Shown here piece by piece: positions 56,950 through 64,000 of a stretch of 64,000 nt of DNA. Every line of letters starts with the position of its first letter. Position 1 is the first letter of the stretch. The stretch is from Lama guanicoe (Eukaryota), in contig MU053472.1 of assembly GCA_013239625.1 (NCBI GenBank), positions 2,001,236 to 2,065,235 on the forward strand. Direction: 5' to 3'. The notes below the pieces were generated by a model. The model made no database searches, was not told where the DNA came from, and saw only the letters and a list, made by a program, of their open reading frames with translations. The position numbers and the translations under genes were made by a program.

Positions 56950-59300
56950 TTTCTTCCGATTTCTTACCGTTGGCCCGCACGTCTACGAAGGAGAGTTGGG
57001 AAGAGGCTGCGGACAAGGCTTTTGACACCAGGGGGCAGCACCGACCTGGAGCCGCGGGAGGGCCCGCGGGCTGACGGGGAACCCGAGAAGGGGTCGCTGT
57101 AAAGGCTGGGCAGAGCGGCCCGGTTACGGCTGCGTTCTCACCGCGTGGTGGCTGCAGCGCCCCGGGTGTGGTGGAGTGATATTCCAGGGCCTCGAGACAC
57201 CCCGGGCTCCCGAGCGCAGCTTGGAGACTCGTCCCCCCTTCCCCTCGGCCCCCACCGCACACGTCCCCACCCGGAGTCGCCCTGGCGGCTCTGCGCTGGG
57301 TCCCAGCTGCGAGCCTGAGTTCGGCTGCGGGAACCGCGCGGCCGGCGGCAGGGCGAGTCCCAGACAAAGGCCAGGCCGCTCCCAGGCCCAATTAAGCCGC
57401 CCGCCTCCCAGCCTTCATTGTTCCTGGGGTCGCCAATTAGCCCTGGCGCCCCGCGTCCCACCGCTCCGGTGCCCCAAGGCCTCCTTAACCCTTCAGGGCC
57501 TGGCACCAGGGGCCCTAGACGGCAGAATCGCCAGCGGACGAGTGTGGAGGGCACATTTGGGGGTGATTGGGGTTGCTGACTTGGTGTGTCCCCGCGGGGC
57601 CCTGTGCGTTGGGACTGTGGGGGTGTGAGAGGGCATTGTGTGTGTCGTTGTCGGATTGTGAGTGTAATTCACAGGGGAGTTTAGAGACTGGGAGCGTAGG
57701 TGTGGAGGGGGGGGCTCCGTGAGACCCCTAGCGGCTAGGCAGCAAGGATTGCGAGACCTAGGGGACCTCATTTCTTCTTCGGTCAATCCGAGTCTCTGGA
57801 GCCCTCGAGTAATCCCCCATCTCTACGCCGCCAGCCCAACCCCCAGAAATGCTGCGGTGGAGGAAATCCTGACTTTAGTGGCCTGGCCCTGCCCCCCAAG
57901 TGTACAGAACTGGGACCCGCCTCCCCAGTGTACCGCGAACGTCCACGCAGGGCACCCCTTGGAGCCAGAGGCGCGCGTTCAGCTTAATGCTCCGCAGGAC
58001 ACCCACAGGTGAACGCCCCGACACCCACCCCGCCCCATTTCCCGGATATAGGACGGTTCAAGGGACGGAGTCTCTAAATTCTGAGCCTGCTTTTCTCATC
58101 GGCTTTGGGAATTACCCCAGATCCAATCCCACTCCATCCTCTCCTTCGCCGTCCTGGACCCCAAACCCAGAGCACGAGCCGGGCAGACAGGATCCGTCCG
58201 GCGAGGGGCCGAGGGCTCCGTGCTCTAGGACCTGAGCGGCAGAAGGGAGACCCGTGCGCGGGAAAAGGGGCAAAGGGGAAAGAGCCTGAGCTCCGGGTTC
58301 TCTCTGGGTACTCCCCGGGAGCGCCCTCGGCAGTTCAGTCTGGTCACCTTCGCTGAATGCTTTGATGACTCCGTCCGCCGAATGCGCCGGGGACTTTGAT
58401 TTGGCCTTAGAGCTCCTTTGGGGCTCTCTGGAGGCGCGGATCCTCTCGCCCCACCCCGCGTTCGCTTCTGAAGCACGGGATTCCCAGACTCGACGGCTGC
58501 CCCCTTTTCCCAGCCCTCCCCCTTTTTTGGTGCCTTCGGCAGCTCCCCTTTGGGAACAGACCTGGAGCAGACCCTGGTCGGGGACCACGGCAACTCCCCA
58601 TATGCCCACCAGATGGCGCTCCAGGCCAGGGACCGGGCGGCGGCCGGACAGCCCATCCCGGGTTGGGACTGGCAGTGCACACAGAGCCGCCGCAAGACGG
58701 GAATCGAGACAGAGCCAAAGACAGACTGGCTTCCATCCAGGCCCAGAGACGGGCACAGGCAGCCGAGGGACCGAGGCGCTCGGCAGAGCCCGAAGGAGGC
58801 TCTGGACAGGGATGCAGACACAGGGATGGGATCGCCCGAGGCTTGGGATGGGGGCTTCTTCCCTTCTCCTTGGGGCCGCCCTACGGGCCAGCCCCTCGAC
58901 TTGCGAAGCCCCAGCTGCAAGCACCCGCCGGCCACCCGCGTGCTGGGCGGGCTGGGCCCTCGCCATCCTTATCGGGGCAGGACGCCGCCTGACTCCCGCC
59001 TTCCGGGCCTCTCAAAACTGAGGCTATGGGCTTGGTTCCGTCGCGCACAGGAGGAACTGCTTTGCACGGTGGGGCCACCTAGCCATGCGGGGTTGGGGGA
59101 TAGGAAGCTGAGGCGGCTCCCGGGCGATGGGCAGGTTCCAGTGAACCTCCCGCCCTGAGGTCCGCCGAGGCGCCTTCCTCTAGCTAGCTTCCTCCACCCC
59201 TTTTTTCAAGGTGGAGATCGGGGGCAGCAGGATGCGCTCCCCTGGGGCGAGCTCTGCGGAGCTACTCCCCGGGGTCCTGCCTTCTAGGCCTCGGGTGCCA
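56950..59300. promoter_or_regulatory. Downstream CpG island at the position of human C17orf82/LINC02875
   Basis: CpG-dense, 1.4-3.7 kb past the TBX2 polyA signal; identity from recalled synteny. Confidence 0.6.
58606..58619 (+). promoter_or_regulatory. CTCF consensus site
   Basis: CCACCAGATGGCGC, exact match to CCASYAGRKGGCRS. Confidence 0.6.
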
Positions 59301-60269
59301 GAAGATCTGAGGAAGCTTTGGTCCAGTGGGAAGTGGTTGGGTTTGGGGGGGGGCAGGAATCAGCTTGAGAATCTATCTTGGGCTTAAAAGCCACCAAGGT
59401 TCTGGTTCAAGTTTGAATGGAAAGGGGGCAGGTGTGAGGCTCCAGGGTCCTACTACCAGTCTGATTGGGAACGAGGTTTGGAAACCCGATTCCAGCTGAC
59501 ACTTAACGTCCCCAGACGAGCACTGGCACTCTCTGAGATGATCTCCCTTATTATCAACCAAGGATACACAGCTCGAGGGCAGCCCAGCTAGCAGCGTTTC
59601 CACGACAACAGTCACCAGCTTGTTGTGTGACCCCAGTCAGGTGTCTGCCCCGCATTAGGCTTCCAGCTCTCTCACCTTCAATGTGTGACACAGGGGAGGG
59701 TCAAACCCGTGGCATCAACTACCACGTGGTAGTTATCTATATGCCCATCTACTGCTGAACTGGGGGGGTAGGTACAAGGTCAAACTCTGGCTCTAGCTGT
59801 GTGACTTTGGACAACGTGACTTTCTTCTCTGGGCCCCAATTCCTCCTCCTGAAAATCAGTAGTTTGGAGTAAAATCAAATTGATCCTTGAGTGACCAGTT
59901 GAACTTTATCCAGTTCCCAGTGACCCCCAGCCTCAACTTCCTCAGAGAAGAGGCAGGGACGCTACTGCCATTTAATGTTCAAGGAGCCTGAGCCCCGGAT
60001 ACCACGAGGGGGGAATCCACCACCACTGGGGCTGTTGCTGCTGAGATTCCTGGGGTGGGGGCAGGACTGGTGGCCAGAATGAATTCGCAATTAGGAAGTG
60101 CACATTCCAGGTCCTGGCACCCTCAGGGAACCAGCAGGCTCCAGCTGCCTCCTAGTGGGATGTGGTTATTCCCACCCCCCTCCCACTTTAGAACAAACTG
60201 CCTGCCAGAGAGGCACAGCTCAGAGGAGGGTGCTTTGGGCACCCAGCACCAGTTTGTCCCCTGCCTGTG

Positions 60270-60413
60270 ACTTCCTCCCAAAGAGAGAAGGGGCTACTGC
60301 TGGAGGACATTGAGGCACCGTGTTTAAGGGTGCTCTCCAGAACTTCCTCCCAAAGAGAGAAGGGGCTACTGCTGGAGGACATTGAGGCACCGTGTTTAAG
60401 GGTGCTCTCCAGA
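60270..60413. repeat. Perfect 72-bp tandem duplication, 2 copies
   Basis: 60270-60341 identical to 60342-60413. Confidence 0.96.
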
Positions 60414-61519
60414 CCCAGGATACCCAAAAGCTACCTCCCTACCTGGTGGAAGGCTTTGGGGGCATTCAAAGCGCTTTTGTGTAGGGGCTCCCACTGAACC
60501 CTCACTGGCAGGTTGTTGGCGATGAACCCGCATTTCACGGCCCAGGACAGTGAGGTTCCGAGATGTGAAGTGAAGCGCCCCAGGCCATCCAGTAAACAAA
60601 GGAAGAGCCCTTTCACAATCGCACGGGCCTGGGCCTGGCGAAGATTAGCTGATGAAGTGATGACGGGTGAGACCCAGCCTCACGGCTGGGAAAGGGCAAA
60701 GGGGTGCGTGCCCTCTGGGGCCTGCTGGGCCGTGAGTCCCTGGGAGAGCAGCCTGACTCAGAGCCCAGGAGCAGGACGCCAGGGGAAGTGTGGCCTCCCT
60801 GCTTCGTGTCAGCCCAGCGGGGCCTGCTGGGGACCCCTAGTGGGAGCAGGGGCTTCCCCTGCATAAAACCACAGCAGGGGTGATGTCACATGGCAACTGT
60901 TACTCTCGGGCCTGTTTGCTCTCCTTATTGTTGGTTTCTGTCCCCAAGAGAACAGGACATCCTCTGGCCCCACCACATCTCAGCACGACGGCTTGAGGTG
61001 CTTAATGCTCGGCGTACCTTTTCTTATTTCATTCTCAGCCCTGGGCAGCGGGTATGCTCACCCCCATTTTACTGAGGGGAAAAGCAAGGCTTAGACCTGC
61101 CCAAGGTCATACAGTTGCTAACAAGTGGGTCATAGGTCACACCAAGGTCTGGCCGGCCCCAAGCCTGGGCTCTTTCCTGAATCCTGAGCGGTCCTGCTCT
61201 ACAGCCGCGGAGCCTCTGTGTCCCACTGGGCATTTGGCCAGGCCCCCTGCTTTGGGTTCTTGTGGGACACACACACAGGCCTGCACACACACACACAGAC
61301 ACAAAGAGACATACAGAGAAACACACACAGACACACACACCTATAGACGTACACGAGTATATCACATGCAGACACGCGCGCATGTAAACACATAGAGACG
61401 CTTGGGGACACTTGTTGGGGGGCAGTTTTCCATGGAGAAACCAGCTCCCCGGCCTCTCTGAGGTTCTGAGGCTCCCCACTGCCTCCAGTTGGCTGGAGCC
61501 ACCCTTTCCCAGCCCACCC

Positions 61520-61712
61520 CTCTGCGTGGCCACATGTCCTCGAGGAAGGGATTTATTTGTTTAAGGTCTGTTTCCCGCGAGATCATAGGCTCCCTCAAGG
61601 GAGGGCTAGTGTCTGCTTTGCTTATTTCTGGGTCCCCAGACCTAAAACTGCTTAATACAGAGAAATGGTATGAAAAGTATTTGCTGAACGAATGAGTAAG
61701 TGAATGAATGAA
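61520..61712 (+). mobile_element. L2 3' end
   Basis: tatttgctgaacgaatgagtaagtgaatgaatg terminus. Confidence 0.55.
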
Positions 61713-61936
61713 ATGCACCCTCCAGAAACAGGGCTCACGCCTTGTCCCTCCAGGATGTTTGCTGGTCCCTGGACCGGAAGCTCCACGTTCACTTGGAGTA
61801 GGCTGCAGAGGGCCCCTGAGGCCAGGGCCTCAGCCTCAGGCCATGGGGCCTCCTCTCTCTCCTGAGGGACTGAGGCCCAGGGAGGAGGGCGTATATCTTG
61901 CCTGAGGACTTGCCGCTACACGAGAAGGGTCCAGGC

Positions 61937-62262
61937 TGCTGTGGTCTGAATATTTGTGTCACCCCAAAATTCATGTTGAAACCTAACCCCTGAGGTGATG
62001 GTATTAGGATGTGGAGCCTTCGGGAGGGAGGTGCCTGGGTCGTGAGGATGGAGTCCTCATGAGGAGATTAGTGCTGTCATAGCCTCTTTCCACCTTGTGA
62101 GGATGCAATCAGACACCTGTGACCCGGAAGGGGGTCCTCACCGGACCATGCTGGCACCCTGATCTTGGATTTCCAGCTTCCAACTGTGAGAAATAAATGC
62201 CTGATGTTTTATAAGGTACCTAGTCTGTGGGATTTTGTTATAGCAGTTTGAATGGACTAAGG
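61937..62262 (+). mobile_element. MLT1 (ERVL-MaLR) solo LTR
   Basis: tgtggtctgaatatttgtgtcaccccaaaattcatgttgaaa...gatcttggatttccagcttccaactgtgagaaataaat...ggactaa. Confidence 0.85.
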
Positions 62263-64000
62263 GCCATCCACAATCATGGCCTCCCAGACCACAAAGCCTG
62301 CCCTCCAGCTGTGCGGGGTGATTTCTCTGTTCCTTAGGGGCTCCGGGGCCCTCTGGCTCCTGGGCCTTTGTGGCCACTGAGCCCCTGCCTTGAGCAACAA
62401 ACTTGCTCCCCCAACCCCACAACGTCAGGGCAAGCACCTCCACCTGGGACCCTTGGGAACCTCCCAGCCTGTCTGCTTGCTGATCTTTGACACAGAGGAG
62501 ATGCGGTCGTTGCCCTGTTTAATGTTCTCCAAAGGCTTTCTGTGCTCTTGGGGTCAAGTCCAGTCTCCTTAGCCTGGCAGTGGGGCCTGTTTGAGTCCTG
62601 CCCACTCAGCCCGCCCCGCCCACCTCCCGCCCATGGTCCGCCTGCCCAGGTCTAGCTTAATCGTGCTGCCCTTGCCTCGGGGACTTCTCACACTCCTTTC
62701 TGCCCTCTGCCTGGAACCTCTTCCTTCTCCAGGAAGCTTCCCCTTCACCTTCTCGCTTCTGAGTGTGGCGCCCATGCACATCATTTTGTAGTTAGTATTC
62801 AATGAATGTGTGACTTGGGCAAATCACTTACGCCTCCCCCAGGACTTTTTCCACGTGGGGATAATAGTGTCTAGCTCTTGGGGTTGTCTGAGGACTAAGC
62901 GAGATGCTGTTCAGAACAGCACCCGGCACCGCGGATGCTGGTTTCCTGCCCCTCCTGAGGAGGCCTGGTCCCTCTGGAGGAGCCTGAGGATGGGGGTCTG
63001 GGGGCCAGCTGAGAAGAGGACAAATTCTCCTCTAGTCTGGGCAGCAGCCAGGGTTGAGCCCATCAGAGCTGGGTGACCCCTCTACCCTGGAGGCCAGCAC
63101 AGGCCAGTGAGACCCTGCCATTTGCGGTAACAGGCTGCCAAGTCCCTGAACCTGGAGAATCTGGTCTAGACATGGAGGTTTAGACTGGGGAGGGGGAGAG
63201 GCCTGTGTGTTGGGGTGTCTGCAACAGAGCCCCCACAGGCAACTGGGCTGCTGCAGAGAGATACTGAGGGCAGTGAACCCCAGTGCACAAGCCAGTTGAT
63301 GGACCTCCTCTGTCCCCCATAGAACCTGGGCCCAGGGAGGGGATGTTTGCTGCTGGAGAGTGGTTGCCGGTGGACTGGCTGGATCAGTGTCCCATCCAGC
63401 TGCCTGGGTGGTGCGGCAGTAGCTCCCTTCCACCACTAGGTGGGGATCTGGAGTCATCCAGGCTTGGAGTCTGGGGCTGGCGCCCCTGCCCCTCCTGCCA
63501 CAGGCCTGTTTCAGGTCAGGGGTTCCCAGCCTGCCTGGCTGCTGCCTCTGGGGGATCCAGGTCTGCTCTCTGTGCCTCCATGCTAATTTATGGCTCGACC
63601 CGCTGCCAGGCAATGACACTGAGGGAAGTGAATAAGATCAAGGGCTTTGTGCCGCCAGAGAGACCCGAGTTCAAATCCCAGCTGCACCTCTAGCTCTGTG
63701 GCTTTGACCCCTGGAGCCACAAGTGTCCTCATCTCCGAAACAGACTTGTGTCTACGTGTCCTGCAAAGAGCGAAAGGAAATGTGGCCACCCTGATGGAGT
63801 TGGGAGAACGGGCCGTGTTCTAATGGCTTTGGCTCACATTCAAGTAGGATGCTGGATCAACTGTGCCAGGAGGCGGGACTGAATAGGGGTTGGGGGTGGG
63901 GAGCGGTCCCCATTTGTCCCATCCAGCACAACCCAGAGCTTGCTCTCAGGACTCTGAGGTGTCCCAAGGAGGCCTGGCTGGTCCCCTGTCTCAGGGCGCC

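Overview
Mammalian genomic DNA, not prokaryotic. It is probably camelid, inferred from Vic-1-type tRNA-derived SINEs. The window covers the 3' end of BCAS3 (+ strand): a constitutive coding exon at 15767-15934, two cassette exons at 25871-25936 and 34743-34833, and a terminal exon from 38255 with a polyA signal at 39039. The complete 7-exon TBX2 gene follows (+ strand, CDS 46429-54621, 2139 nt, 712 aa), with its CpG-island promoter, a probable divergent TBX2-AS1-like transcript and a downstream CpG island at the position of human C17orf82/LINC02875. The rest is intron or intergenic DNA with L1, L2, MIR, MER, MLT and SINE repeats and a 38-N assembly gap. Main findings: (1) a frameshifting cassette exon makes the BCAS3 terminal exon dual-coding, switching an acidic/Ser-rich tail for a poly-Lys basic tail without triggering NMD; (2) a full-length U6-L1 chimeric retrocopy with target-site duplication; (3) tiny uORFs at the TBX2 start, one with its stop overlapping the first ATG; (4) a twin-primed inverted L1; (5) candidate enhancers and CTCF sites; (6) two short tandem duplications. 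I found no convincing wholly new gene system. Almost all entries in the supplied ORF track are chance ORFs in GC-rich DNA. Gene and repeat identities come from recognition of the sequence, not from a database search.
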